DNA from: Takakia lepidozioides
Lineage: Eukaryota > Plantae > Bryophyta
Reading direction: 5' to 3'
NCBI GenBank assembly: GCA_030704615.1
Contig: CM060733.1
Span: 6,820,001-6,884,000, forward strand
Length of the DNA stretch: 64,000 nt
The notes under the pieces were generated by a model. It was not told the origin of the DNA. It ran no database searches and was given only the letters and a program-made list of their open reading frames with translations. Shown here piece after piece: positions 38,618-51,848 of the stretch; the stretch's first letter is position 1, and every line of letters begins with the position of its first letter. A program made the translations under genes and the position numbers.

Positions 38618-39790
38618 TGTCAAGTTAAATAAGCACAGTGTGAAAAGAGCTAGAATAAAACTAGTTATTTGTATTTAACACTTGGATTTAGGTCAAGTGT
38701 TAAATCAGGTGTCAAGTTAGTTTGACACCTGGTCCGTCTTATCTTCACGAGAGCGGCAGTCGCGCAGCTCATCTCTCTCGAGTTGAGCCTGCGCGACCAA
38801 GCTCCTGCATGCGTTTAGATTTGAGTGTGCTTATGTAGGGGTACAGGTTGTTGTGGGGTGGAGTCCCCATAGCTTGGGGTGCCCCTGGCTCGACTACTAT
38901 TTCTAAGAGTGATGGTTTGGTTTTCATGTTTTGTGTCAACAGTGTGTTCGTTGGTTTTCTATCACTCGAGAGAGATGATCTCTTACCTGTGAGTGCAAGG
39001 TAGGAGTTGAGGGTTAGCACTTGCAAGATTACCTGTGTGTAAGTAGTGCTTAGTTTGAGAAGCATATCATTGAATGTGACCACAAGATTCAGCGTGCCCT
39101 GAAACGCCTGGAGGATGACGATGCCGGAGCCGCCATTGTTATTACAGTCGCTGAAGCTACCAAGTCACCAGAGGCTTTGGAGTACACAAGGAGAGACTTA
39201 AAAAAATGCAGGAGCAGCACTGGCAAGCTGTGAACGCTAATATCTGCACTACCACAACGTCCCTAGGATGAATACAAAGTGCCTGGAGTGAAATGGATAG
39301 CTGGAGAGCTGCTCAGGCCCATACATTTTGGGAGTTAAAAGTCACATCTGTATGTTGAAGGCCCAATTCGCCAATGTGCGGAAGAGTGTGGGCATCCGAG
39401 TTTTCTAGGAAAGAGGCCAGTGCTTGGGAAAAGCTGGCTACAAGTTTTGGAGCAGGTGACGGCCAGGCCTGCGGTACTTTGAAGACGATGATGTAGAGCT
39501 TGAAGAGGGTCTGGTTTCGTTGCTGGGGAAGTAGGTGGTACGGGCATGGAATCTGGAGGACCCCGGCTTGTACGTGGAGAGTTTCGATGTGCTCTTCCCT
39601 TTCTTGCTTTCAGATGCCTTAGTTGGGTTGTGCGTTTGTTGAAAGGCCAGCTTCTGGTATAAAGATGCGGATGTGGACTCTTCAAAGTAGTGGAGAGAAA
39701 TGCGGGGAGCAGAGGTGCAAAGGGTGATCAAACTGAATGGACGGAGGGGCAACATTCTTGAGCATAGGATTTGAAGAAATGCTGTGTGAT
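38618..39790 (+). mobile_element. Diverged 5' terminal/leader region of the DNMT-Gypsy family
   Basis: Starts TGTCAAGTTA like 52730; shares TTATCTTCACG, CTCATCTyTCTCGAGTTGAGCCT, ATCACTCGAGArAGATGA, CTGTGAGTGC and AGCACTTG in the same order; right boundary approximate. Confidence 0.75.
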
Positions 39791-40783
39791 CGATGTGGAG
39801 GGAGAACACGTAAGCTTATTTTATTCAAACTTTGCCGAGGCCCCGTAGTAGAAGTTAGCTCAACAGCGTGGTGATGAAGGTTTTGGTGGGCACTTCGGTG
39901 TTTGTAACAAGAGAGACGGACAGGTACCTCGCGATATGATATCCATTGTCAACCTGAACTAGATTTGAAAGTGGATGGTTCAGATTAGAGTTAAGGATAA
40001 CTTCAGAGCAGAAGAGCATGGAAGAGCCAAGAACGGTTTCAGTTGCAGAATGGAGAGGAGGTGTTAGTTCTGGCCATGGTTCACTAGCTTACTACATTGA
40101 AAGGACGCCGAAGCGAGGAGGGAAGGGGGAGGAAAAGGCAGGAAAATGTCCTCACCAGGTTGTTCGTCATTGACTTGCACGCCACCTCCCCAGCTAACTT
40201 GCACAGTGGCAACGTTCAGGCCATGGAAGTTGCCGAGCTCACTCAGCGGGTGACATCACTTGAGAAGCGTTAAGCTCGGTACCAGCAAGTCTTGCAGCCA
40301 AGATCTCGAATTGAATCGCCAGGCTGGAGATTATGTGCGGTGAAAGTGGCAGAGAAGGTGGCCCGTCTAGAAATCTATGGCGCGCGACGTGCTGCCCTTT
40401 CTATTCCGAGTTGCTACTGTTACCAACCTTCCCGCCCCTTTCCACACGCAGCGTGCACTCTACCTAGTTCCACCGATATTCAGTCAAGAAGTTTTGGAGT
40501 GGTTCTAGGTTTCCTGGCTTCTATTAGCTAACAGGCTTTCGGAGAGCTGGGCAGAGCCGGGTGGTAAGATCACTCCGTTTCGGATCATCCTGGCAAGATG
40601 TAGAGTTTGCAGTCACAAACACAAGAGAGACAGAAATGCTCGAGTTGTCAGCGATTTCGTCCCTGAAGCCGAATTCGTGAAGCTTCTTCCGAGCTCTCTC
40701 GCTTCCATCATTGCAACAACAAACCACATAGTTTCGACTGGGTCACATTCTGGAGAAACGACTCCTTGATCAGTCCAGATCCT

Positions 40784-41057
<274 letters not shown>

Positions 41058-41507
41058 TGAGACAGCCGCCATAGCCCCTAAAGCCCATCCTTCAGCTCTG
41101 TACGCCCGCAATCAGTACGTCCGCTCTTGCCGCCCTCTCCAACGCTGATAAGCATATGCAAATTCCACCCCCTGCAGGGAGAAAGCATGACCCAGGTGGA
41201 AAAGCATATAAGGATAGGGGAAGTTTCCAAAGAGCTTATCACCTTCCTTTGAATTTTTAAATTTGAAAAGAAAAAGAAAAAAAACCCTTTGATCTAAGTT
41301 AAAGGATTTAGAGCCTAATTGGTCATATCTTTGGCAAATGAACTCCGTTTGACACAGTTTTTGAGGGGATAGCTGCAGAAAGAGGAAATCTACCTATCTA
41401 GACCTGGTTTTTGTTTTTGGGACTCTGCTAAAAATCTATGGAATTTTTAGAGTGTGAGTGTGCCATGAAAATCCACAATCCTGTTTCTAGAACCTGTTCT
41501 GGTCTAC

Positions 41508-42173
41508 ATGAGAGATAAAATCTGGGGATGTACTCCTTGTATGGCTGGGGGAAATGAGGATGTGATTGAAGGGCAGGTCTCTTCTCTTAGCCTGTGCACC
41601 AAAGGGGACAAGATTTATGTTTCCCAAGGAACTCAGACTGATTTGAGTGGAGAACAGTTGGACGAGTTGATTGCATACTGGGAGTCAGGCATTAGTAGTG
41701 GACAACAAACTGCTGTAGTTGGCGTTGAGGGCCTCAATATCGCCTTGGACAGTCAGAACTCTGTTGGAGCCAGCAGTTCTGCAGCTGTAGGTGAAATACC
41801 AAAGTGGGTGAAAGCTAGGCTTGGAACACAGCCAAAGACAACCCCGGGGACCAAGGTGTTCAGCCACAAGGCTGTGGTGTACTGGAGCAGAGGAGCAGGA
41901 GCTACACAAGTTTGTGCAATCAGACATGGTTGCAGCCGGATACGCTCTGCACAGGGCAACCACGAGCGGGGGTTCATCAGCAATGACATGTTTGTTGTGC
42001 GTGAAGGAGATGTAGTCATTCGCAATGAAGACACCCGCAACCGTCTCAAAGCTTTCGAGTTGAGAGACTATCAGGATAGTTCTTTAGTATTCAGTGAGGG
42101 AGATAGGGAGTCTTTGTCTCTACCTGGCAGAAAGAGGAGGAGGGAGCGAGGCACTTTGAGAGAAGTCTGGTAG
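41508..42173 (+). CDS. Uncharacterised 221-aa ORF, probably a transposon fragment
   Basis: ATG-initiated open frame with coding-like composition and a basic NLS-like C-terminus (GRKRRRER); no family recognised. Confidence 0.35.
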   Translation: MRDKIWGCTPCMAGGNEDVIEGQVSSLSLCTKGDKIYVSQGTQTDLSGEQLDELIAYWESGISSGQQTAVVGVEGLNIALDSQNSVGASSSAAVGEIPKWVKARLGTQPKTTPGTKVFSHKAVVYWSRGAGATQVCAIRHGCSRIRSAQGNHERGFISNDMFVVREGDVVIRNEDTRNRLKAFELRDYQDSSLVFSEGDRESLSLPGRKRRRERGTLREVW

Positions 42174-42218
42174 TTGATAGCATAGATCATGATTAGATCT
42201 TGCTTGATCGGGCTTCTA

Positions 42219-45146
42219 GTCCAGGGTGAAGCCCATGGGATATAACACTGCACCACCAACGAGGACATCGTAAGAGATCGCGTCTGTCACAATGGCCTTG
42301 GCTCGCATCACTGAGCCATCTCTAGGATGATCCGGCTGCAGTCTAATGGCCAACTGATACCATGTCATGCCGCGAGCCTGCTCTGATCCTCCCAGAGATG
42401 TCTGTATCTGGAAAGGACAAGGCTCCATATCCGCCTCCATGAGGCCCAAACCTGCAATAGCAGCTCTGCCCAACATCAGTGGCTGAGCTCCTGAGTCCAA
42501 CAAGACCCGCAGTGGACGGTACTTCTTGCCTGCCGGTCCACTCAAAGTGAAAATGCCTCCCTGGTTGTCTAACAAGACAACTCCAGGTGTCACCATGGCG
42601 CGCTCAAAGGCTGGCCTAGCTGGCAGCTCCGTCAACCTGGCAGTTGCAGCTTGCCATGGCGCAGCCGTGGCAGTCTTGACCCTCAAATCCGAGGATCCCT
42701 CTGCCACTATACCTTCCACTAACTCCACAGAAGATGAAGTGACCTCCCCACTCTCACAGAGAGTTGCTGCTAGTCTGAACACTGCATCCGACGTCGCAAT
42801 CATGGTTGCCGAGAACAGTGGGGCTTGACACACAGAGGTGGCTGCCCCCAATAACACACCGGCTGCTAGCCTTGGTAGCAGGTGTCAGTGCTGCACGTGT
42901 AGCTCTCCCCAATGGCATAGTAACCTCCGCCTCGGTAACAGTCGGGCGAGAATTAGGTGCCATGGATGGCGTTGACACTGTCTCCGCCAAGGTGAATGAC
43001 TGAGGCAGCCTCGCCTGACGGCTTGCCTCCCCACGTTGTGGATCCAACTCCATCTCTGCACCTCGTGGCTCAGGAACTCGTGCTGCTCCTCGAGTCATGG
43101 CTGCAGCAGACTCCACCTGCTCTAGTGGTAGTGCTACTCCGTACATGAATCCCATACCTCCCATATTTCCTCCCTCGGGAGCAGGAGGTGGACCATCCCG
43201 CCTGGGAGCTAGTACCGCCTGAGCTATAGCCATTGCAGCGAGCCTCTGCTCTAGCTGCTGAAGCGGTTGGCCATGCCTTGGTCAACACCCTGACCTCCGC
43301 GTCTGTGGCCATGTTGAGCTTGCCCTTGGCCTACACCTCGTGCCCAACCACCTCGTCCTCTCTGGGCTGGTCCACCTCGCCCCCGGCCACCATTGGTCCC
43401 TTGGAACTGGCCTGGGCGCAACTCAAGATGCAAGTCATAACACTGGGCATCTCCATGCCCATACTTGCCATAATGCCCACACTGCAACTATGCAGGCTGT
43501 GTTTGTGTCTGCCTTTTGCCACTCTCTGGGCGCTCTCTCTTGACATGAGGTCCTCCACATGTCCAACATATCACCCCTGGTTGCTGTTGGCCTACAAAAG
43601 ATGTCACGGGCCTCTGTACCTGAGGTCCCCTATAAGCTCCATGGAACTTGGGTTGGGAAACCTTGCCCCCTGACCACGCTGTTGGGCAGTCCCTTGTGCC
43701 TGTGGGCTGACAGCTGTGCCCCGTGCAGGCATGTCCTTGCCAAATCCAATTGTAACAACTCGCTCCTCCACCATGTTGAGCTCAATCCGCTCAGCCATCA
43801 GAAACACATCTGCTAATGTGGGTTGGGCTGCTTGTAACAGGGTTGCATCTCGCACCCTTCTCTTGAGCTCCTTGTCCAGAATTCCATACCAAAACTGGAT
43901 TGCCTGAGCTTCAGTAACCCCATCAAGCGCCTCATACGAGTGTACGCCTCTCGCAGGCTCTCACTGGGTTTGCGCTGGAAGTCTTGCAAACTTCGCAGCT
44001 TCTCTGTCCGTACACCTTGGTAGTTCCTCCGCAACTCCTGGAAGAACTCCACCACCGGGTTGAATCTAGGCACATGTGTTGTAGTCGTGGCAGGAGGAGT
44101 AGTAGCACCTTTTGAACTGGTACCACCTGCAGAAGTACCAGCACTACTTGCTCCACTACTAGTGCTGGCAGTGGGAGCTATTGGTACTGATGCAACTACT
44201 GGTCGCGTCGTGCCTCGAGTAATGGAGACGTAGTCAGGTGATCAATACATCCTCCACTCCTCAATCTCTGCTTCATGTCCTCGCCTAAACTCGTGGTAAT
44301 CGTCCATAGGCGGGCCTTCCAAATGCTGGAACAGTCCCTTCCATGCCATGAATGGGGTGAATAGCTGTGGATTGCGCATCTGCTGCAAATCACACCAGCT
44401 GTCGAACTCCTGGATAAAGTCATCCAACTCAATTGTGCCCACAGCTCCAGAGTACCTACGAGGCCCCTTGGTAGCTCCATACATCTCTCCCATATCGTCC
44501 CACAACAATGGCGAATGAAAGTGCACACCTGTTGATAAATCCTCCGAGTCTGTGTCTGACTCTACAGTAATTGAGGGTGGCGGTGAAGGTGGTCTGAACC
44601 GAATACCTCGTCTTGTGAACCCACTCTCACTGTTACTGCCTGTAGCCGTACTCCCCTCAAAACCCTTGGGTAACTTTGTAATGACACTCACAATGTGCAC
44701 CTCCTCCACGTGACACTATAAGGCTCTAGTACTAATTTAATAGTGACACGGGTGGGCACCTGTTGCAGTTTAAGGGTCATATCCCAATGGCTCAGGGCAC
44801 CTGCACCTGCATCCACCGCAAGAACTCCTATGGTTGGCTGGTCATCAACCCAGCCTCACCATAGAAGAAACACTGGTGGTCTTGCTGGTCATCACTCCAG
44901 CCTCATCACCGACAACATACTCTAGGATTGACCGGTGATCAAATCCGGCCTAATCCCTATGAAAGCAAGCGCCCACACAAAACCAACATGGCGCACAGTC
45001 AAGCATGCAGGTGTTGGGGGGGATCCAAACACAAGAAATCAAAACATCAACACCCCCACACCAAAATCCAGCTGCAATGCTGATCCTGCAGAATAGCCCA
45101 GCCCAAAACCCCGGACTGACTGGCCTCCACCAAGAGAGGCTTTGGC
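42219..45146 (-). mobile_element. DNMT-Gypsy copy 1: inverted leader-gag-protease segment
   Basis: Reverse complement of ~54541-57261; GPRRYSGAVGTIELDDFIQEF, LRSLQDFQRKPSESLREAY, Zn-knuckle remnants, VLLDSGAQP. Confidence 0.93.
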
Positions 45147-45160
45147 AACTACAAGTACAA

Positions 45161-46375
45161 CAGCATCCTACAGGCCTGGATGGCAGTCAGGCGATGGTCG
45201 CCGTGCACAGCTCCCTGTGACATTCATTGGGGGTATAGCGGCTGCCCAGCGGGGCAAGATGCCAACACTAGCCGCCTTTACAGCTGTAGTTAGTTGGCTT
45301 GGAGAGTTGCTGGAGGGCAATGCCCATGCAAAGGATGTGCCACCTCCAGCAGAGCAGGATGACATGCATGGTATGGCGGAGTTGTCTGCCATGGTTGTTC
45401 ACACTCCATTGTGGGGTACAAGCAAAGATTTGCAGCAGGTTGCTGATCGACGGGTGCAACAAGCCTGGGTAGAGGCTTTTGTACCGTCAGGAGAGGAGGA
45501 GAGTGCGTGTATTGCACCAGGACCACCTCAGTTGTCACCATTGGATACCACACCTATTGTGTGGCAGTATCCGGATGAAGGCATTTGCCTTCTGGACTTG
45601 TTTGGCGGGATCAGCACCGGATTGGCTGCTGTGCTACAGGCAGGTGTGCGGGTAAGGCGTTACCTGTATGTGGAGGGATGAGACTGCACGACGCGTCTCA
45701 CTGCGCCATGTGGCTCAGTTGGTACAGCAGTACCCTGACTTATTGCATGTGTCTGCAGTTCGTGGATACCAACAAGCCTTACCAGCAGACATTTCCTTGT
45801 TGGGGGCGCAAGATTTGGAGCAGGTTGGCTCCATTGATCTGATAGTGGCAGGTTGGCCCTGCCAAGGGCATTCATCAGCCGGGCATGGCAATGGATTGCG
45901 AGACTCGAGGACGGGTCTGTTTTGGGAGATGGTGCGGGTTTTGCGCCACTTGCAGCTTCATCAAGCTGTATCTCCAGCATACATCTTGGAGAATGTGCCA
46001 CTGATGGGTGATTCTCGGGCCAGGGTGATGGCCAGTGTGCATCAAGTCCGGTCGTGGCTTGGAACAGCAGTGCTGCTGGATGCAGCTGCAGTGGGATCAC
46101 GGGCTCATCGTCCACGGCTTTGGTGGACTAACTTGATGCCACCCGCATTGCTCAAGCGTGCATATGATAGGGTGCAGCGGCCAGCCCACCTCACCGTGGA
46201 TGGCATTTTGGACACAGGGAGGCAGTCTCAACGTGTGAGACACGATGACCGTTCGCCTTTGGCAGTGGTCAACAGGGTGGGTCAACCACGAGCAGCATTA
46301 CCTACACTGCTCAGTTTCCCAGGATCCCATGATTTTCGGGATGGTGGACCTGGCCTCTTGTGGGATAGCCAGGTG
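45161..46375 (+). pseudogene. DNMT-Gypsy copy 1: linker plus C5 DNA methyltransferase motifs I-VIII, truncated before IX-X
   Basis: LLDLFGGISTG (D at 45595), AGWPCQGHS (PC at 45857), YILENV (E at 45989), AHRPRLWWTNL; one frameshift at ~45675. Confidence 0.93.
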
Positions 46376-46414
46376 CAGCGATGTAGTTGTGTAGCGATAT
46401 GTATGCGCACGACA
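46376..46414 (+). mobile_element. 3' terminal 39 bp of the DNMT-Gypsy family, joined directly to the truncated DNMT
   Basis: CAGCGATGTAGTTGTGTAGCGATATGTATGCGCACGACA is identical to 62469-62507. Confidence 0.92.
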
Positions 46415-47152
46415 ACATAAACATCATAACACGTGCGATCAAGACATGTTTTTTAATACCTCTGCACTTAGCATTGGACAGTGATTATGACCCCCCTGTA
46501 TGTATTTTAATTATCAATTTATCCATCCCTTGTGTATAAAATCTTGTACAAATTTTTCTTTTAAAAAAAACCATCCTCGGCATTTTGTATATATTTTCAA
46601 GCGTTTAAAAAAAACCTTTGTTCATACATTTACATACTTTGTATTTGGGCTCAAATTGAAAATCTTGTTTTCATCTTTCTCGTAAGCATATAGTTCTACG
46701 TACCAAACCTTGATCATAAGCATTATACATTATTCTTTGAGTCTTGAGGCGTGTGATTAAGAGCAATATACCAGGCTGGCTATAAACTTCAGTAAAATTG
46801 CCCAATTGAATTGATTCCTCAAGCAACGTATGAATTCATCTAAGTGATAATTATATATACAAAAGTACTATTGTAAAAGTAATGGTCATACATTTTCAGT
46901 GTGAATGAGAGAGTAGTGGTCACAGCATTTCAATGTGTAAGAGAGAAGAGGAATGTCTATAATACATTGATGACCATCCAAATTATCAACCAATGTCTTG
47001 GAAATTGTTCTATGTGTATATTGTAGTTTGATAGCATATCAGTGTCTGTCACTTTGTACCTAACATTTTAGAACTCAAGGTTGTTCTTCTTTGTAATGAC
47101 TAAGATAGCCTAGTGTTTAACGTAAACATTATCAAGGCACCTTAGGTGGTAA

Positions 47153-48925
47153 GATGGTATTTTGTAAGTTCACCCGCGTAATGACTTTTGTTGTTCATGA
47201 CATTTTTGCAGGACATACGAATATATGTGTTAGTTGCTCATGTAAAGTTTCACATCGAATTGAAATCACACGGATGGTATTTTGTAAGTTCACCCCGTAA
47301 TGACTTTTGTTGTTTATGACATTTTTGCAGGACATACGGATGTAGGTGTTAGTTGCTCATGTAAAGTTTCAGATTGAATTGAAATCACACGAATGATATT
47401 TGGTAAGTTCACCCGCGTAATGACTTTTGTTGTTCATGAAATTTTTACAGAACATATGAATGTAAGTGTTAGTTGCTCATGTAAAGTTTCAAATCCAACT
47501 AAAATCATACGGATGTTGTTTTGTAAGTTCAGTGGTGTGACGATTTTTGTTGTTCATGAAATTTTGGGAGGATCTATGAATGTAGGTGTTAGTTGCTCAT
47601 ATAAAGTTTCAAAACCACCTAAAATCATACGGATGTTGTTTTGTAAGTTCACCCCGTAATGATTTTTATTGTTCATGAAAGTTTTGTAGGACCTATGAAT
47701 GTAGGTGTTAGTTGCTCATGTAAAGTTTCAAATTCAACTAAAATCATACAGATGGTGTTTTATAAGTTCACTGGTGTAATGATTTTTGTTGTTCATGAAA
47801 TCTTTGCATGACCTATGAATATAGGTGTTAGTTACTCATGTAAAGTTTCAAATCCAACTAAAATCATACAGATGGTGTTTTATAAGTTCACTGGTGTAAT
47901 GATTTTTGTTGTTCATGAAATATTTGCATGACCTATGAATGTAGGTGTTAGTTGCTCATGTAAAGTTTCAAAACCACCTAAAATCATACGGATGTTGTTT
48001 TGTAAGTTCACTGGTGTAATGATTTTTATTGTTCATGAAAGTTTTGTAGGACCTATGAATGTAGGTGTTAGTTTCTCATGTAAAATTTCAAATCCAACTA
48101 AAATCATACAGATGGTGTTTTATAAGTTCACTGGTGTAATGATTTTTGTTGTTCATGAAATCTTTGCATGACCTATATAGGTGTTAGTTGCTCATGTAAA
48201 GTTTCAAATCCAACTAAAATCATACAGATGGTATTTTATAAGTTCACTAGTGTAATGATTTTTGTTGTTTATGAAATATTTGCATGACCTATGAATGTAG
48301 GTGTTAGTTGCTCATGTAAAGTTTCAAAACCACCTAAAATCATACGGATGTTGTTTTGTAAGTTCACTGGTGTAATGATTTTTATTGTTCATGAAAGTTC
48401 TGTAGGACCTATGAATGTAGGTGTTAGTTTCTCATGTAAAGTTTCAAATCCAACTAAAATAATACAAATGGTGTTTTATAAGTTCACTGGTGTAATGATT
48501 TTTGTTGTTCATGAAATCTTTGCATGATTTATGAATGTAGGTGTTAGTTGCTCATGTAAAGTTTTTAATCCAACTAAAATCATACGGATGTTGTTTTGTA
48601 AGTTCACTGGTGTGACAATTTTTGTTGTTCATGAAAATTTGGGAGGATCTATGAATGTAGGTGTTAGTTGCTCATATAAAGTTTCAAATCCAACTAAAAT
48701 AATACGGATGGTGTTTTGTAAGTTCACTAGTGTAATGATTTTTGTTGTTCATGGTATTTTTGTAGGACCTATGACTGTAGGTGTTAATTGCTGATGTAAA
48801 GTTTCAACTCCAACCAAAATCATACGAATGGTGTTTTGTAAGTTTAGGAGTGCAATGACTCTTGATGCTTATGATATTTTTGTAGGACGTATATATGTAG
48901 GGGTGTTAGTTGCTCGTGCAAAGTG
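47153..48925. repeat. Tandem satellite, 120-bp monomer, ~15 copies, with a 3-monomer higher-order periodicity
   Basis: GATGGTGTTTTGTAAGTTCACTGGTGTAATGATTTTTGTTGTTCATGA...GTGTTAGTTGCTCATGTAAAGTTTCAAATCCAACTAAAATCATAC; near-identical blocks at 47935 and 48291. Confidence 0.97.
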
Positions 48926-51279
48926 CAAAATGTATGTTGTATCTGTAAGAGATCTGTAAGGGTGTGCTCTCATTCTTACCAAGTCAATGCAAGGGATTAT
49001 CATATTATCATACCAAGTCAATATACATGTTGGGTTTAAACTTAGAACTATGTGACATCCATTTTGTAATATATACATTACAATGGAAAACAAAATTTGT
49101 ACCGTTTTGGACAATCATTAAGTTTAGTTTCATCTGTTGACAATGTGATAGATTTGAAATGACACCATTAACAATGTGATAGATTTGATTTGACATTATT
49201 AACAATGTGAGATATGAAAGGTTACAAAGAAACATCATATTTCAAAGATATTCGTACATTTGTTGCTCAATAGCATTTTAGGGGAGTCATATTGGGTCAT
49301 ACATGTTGGGTTTGAACTCAAAACAATGCACGACAATTGGTTTAGATACATACACTACAATGAAAAAAGATGTTTCTTTCATTTTTGATCTTAAGTTTAG
49401 TCTAATATGTTGGCAATGATATATTCAAAATGATACTTATATTAACAATGAGAGATATGAAAGGTTACAAAGAAATACAATAATTTTAAGATCTTCGTAC
49501 ATTTGTTGTTCAATAGCATTTCAATATGAGTGCGAGAGGAGAGGAAATTGACATGGTATATAATGATATCTTTGATGACCATCCAATAATGTCTTGAAAT
49601 GTGTATATGCAGTTTGCTCAAGAGTAGTTGTGAGTGTAGCACATTGTGTGGTCATCTTCTCATGTACTGCCTGCAATCTGTATGTAGTACATTCACTTCT
49701 TGCATCACACAAAGCATTGAACTCTTTTTCGGTCTTATCAGCATTGAGCCAAAGTTATGCTTCAATTGATTTCTTCTGGTTGCAAGTGGCTGTGGTAACC
49801 GGAGGCGTCTCCGAACACATGCCTTGACTGCGAGCCGTTTGGGAGGAGGCTCATTGTAAACTTGCGGGAGTATAAGTTATAGATAGAGCAAAATAACTCA
49901 TCATTACCTCTACTTTCCTTTACGAAGTGTTATTGTCAAGTACCCTGGTAGACCGTTTGCTACGCAGGGGCAAATACTTCTTGTAGATGATGATTCATCA
50001 AAAGACCTGCAAAACCCACAAAATACTAGATTCTTCCCTTTCTCATTCAAGCCTTCACCAAACGGATTGCATGACCGGGATGATATGACAAAAGCAGTGT
50101 GGCCATATATATCGGAGATGGCTGGAGTTTCAACAGCCGTTGATTACATTAGCGAGAACCGGGCAAAGTGTTCTCATAAGCCTATTGGTCGAGACCATGC
50201 CTGCTGGGCATGGTATGGAAGATATCTTGATCCTCGTATTTGGATCCCACAACAAAAATAACTTGATTACCTTGGTAGGCACGTGGATCCCACTCTTCTC
50301 TTGTTTGTTCATAATTTGATTTTCCAATTCTTTTGCAGCTGCATTTGCACTCTTACCTCAACATATCCATATGCAAAACTTCCACTTTGGGCCTAACATT
50401 TGTCATTTCCATCGCCTCTCCCCAGTTACATTCAAGGAACGAATTCTAAAAGAGGAACAAGAGCTGCGTGATTGGGAAGAATGGCGGGCGTATCGGGAGG
50501 CTTCAAGGGCATCAAGTCGAGTTGGTAGTAACATTTCAGATGACAATGTCAACCGGTTTCACCTTCCTGAAAGTATCTCCGTGTCCTCTGGAGCGGAGAC
50601 TTATTAATGAGTTAGTATAAGCCGTAATGGTTCTATGCCTTCAGAATCAATGGCTTGTATGGCATTAAGTCCATGAACGGATGGACAGTTGACGTTCATT
50701 TTTCTGTTGGTCCATCGCCTTGAATGATATAATCTCAAATAAAAATATGAATGTTTCATATCATCAATCAGGTCCCGACAGACTCGTTTTTCCATGTTGT
50801 CCTCTTCATCACATGCCATCATTGTTTCATATTTGGTTCTGTCATTATTCCATGTTTGTTTCTGGATGTCATTTTGGATATCGGAGCTCTCATCATTGTT
50901 TGATTCATTGCATCCTCCCATTCCTTTTAATGAACGTCAACTTGGCAGTGGATGTTCATCTAAGACCACAATACATACTTGTATTTTTGCGTAGAATGTG
51001 TGGAGGATTACATAATTTGTTGTTATATAGTGCACAAATAGTCAAATAATTATAGATATATCTCTTTATTTCTATTATAGATTATAATTATTCATATATC
51101 TTGTATTATTTCTGGACCAAACAAAAATCAAGAATTAGTTAAAATAGTGTTGGTCTCAAAATTGTTCCTATAACGAATATATAATTTCTACAAGAAATCG
51201 ATATTCTTTTGTAAGATGAGTTTCATTTTTTCATTTTCTTGTATCTACAATAACTACAGGAGGCTCTCTCAATAACTAC

Positions 51280-51848
51280 ATCCTCAAGGTTTCAAGGGAG
51301 TACTCTCTAGGTGTATATGTCGGAGAATCTCCAGAGATGTATTTTGGAGAATTTCCAGGGATGTACTGAGGAGAATCTGTAGGGACATATTCTGGAGAAT
51401 TTACAAGGACTGCATACTGAGGAGAGTGAGGACTGTATCCTGGAGAGGACAGAAGGATGGATCCCGGGTACTATTCACTATCTCCTACAGAAATGTCATT
51501 ATTTGAATCAGACTGAAGATTACAATCATCACTTTCATCTTTCTCTTCTTCTGTTTCCTCCGTTGTCTCCCGTCGAATAACTCCCTCGAACATTGATTTG
51601 TCAGTGCCCGGATTTATGAAGGTTCGCGAATCAGAGCCCACATCTGATATTTGATTCTCAGATCTCTTCTTGAAGGTTTTTGTTTTCGATACAACCGGTG
51701 ATTCGTCTTGGTTTTCTGCTTCGTTGATGCTTACTGGATTCTGTCTCCTTGGCCTCTTACAGATGTCGACGACGGTCTCAGAACCATCTTTGGCCACCGT
51801 GTGCACTCCTACGCCCGTTCTTTTTATACTGACAGAACAAAAAATCAA
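51280..51848 (-). pseudogene. Acidic low-complexity ORF with Y-x-P-x-(x)-S-P repeats, interrupted by one TAG; probably part of a large DNA transposon
   Basis: ORF 51471-51848 continues in frame past the TAG into SPGYSPHSPQYAVLVNSPEYVPTDSPQYIPGNSPKYISGDSPTYTPRE. Confidence 0.55.

Noticed and set aside
47153-48925. CRISPR array or repeat-protein gene
   Set aside because: No unique spacers, eukaryotic context, no cas genes; the 40-codon periodic ORFs are broken by stops and indels
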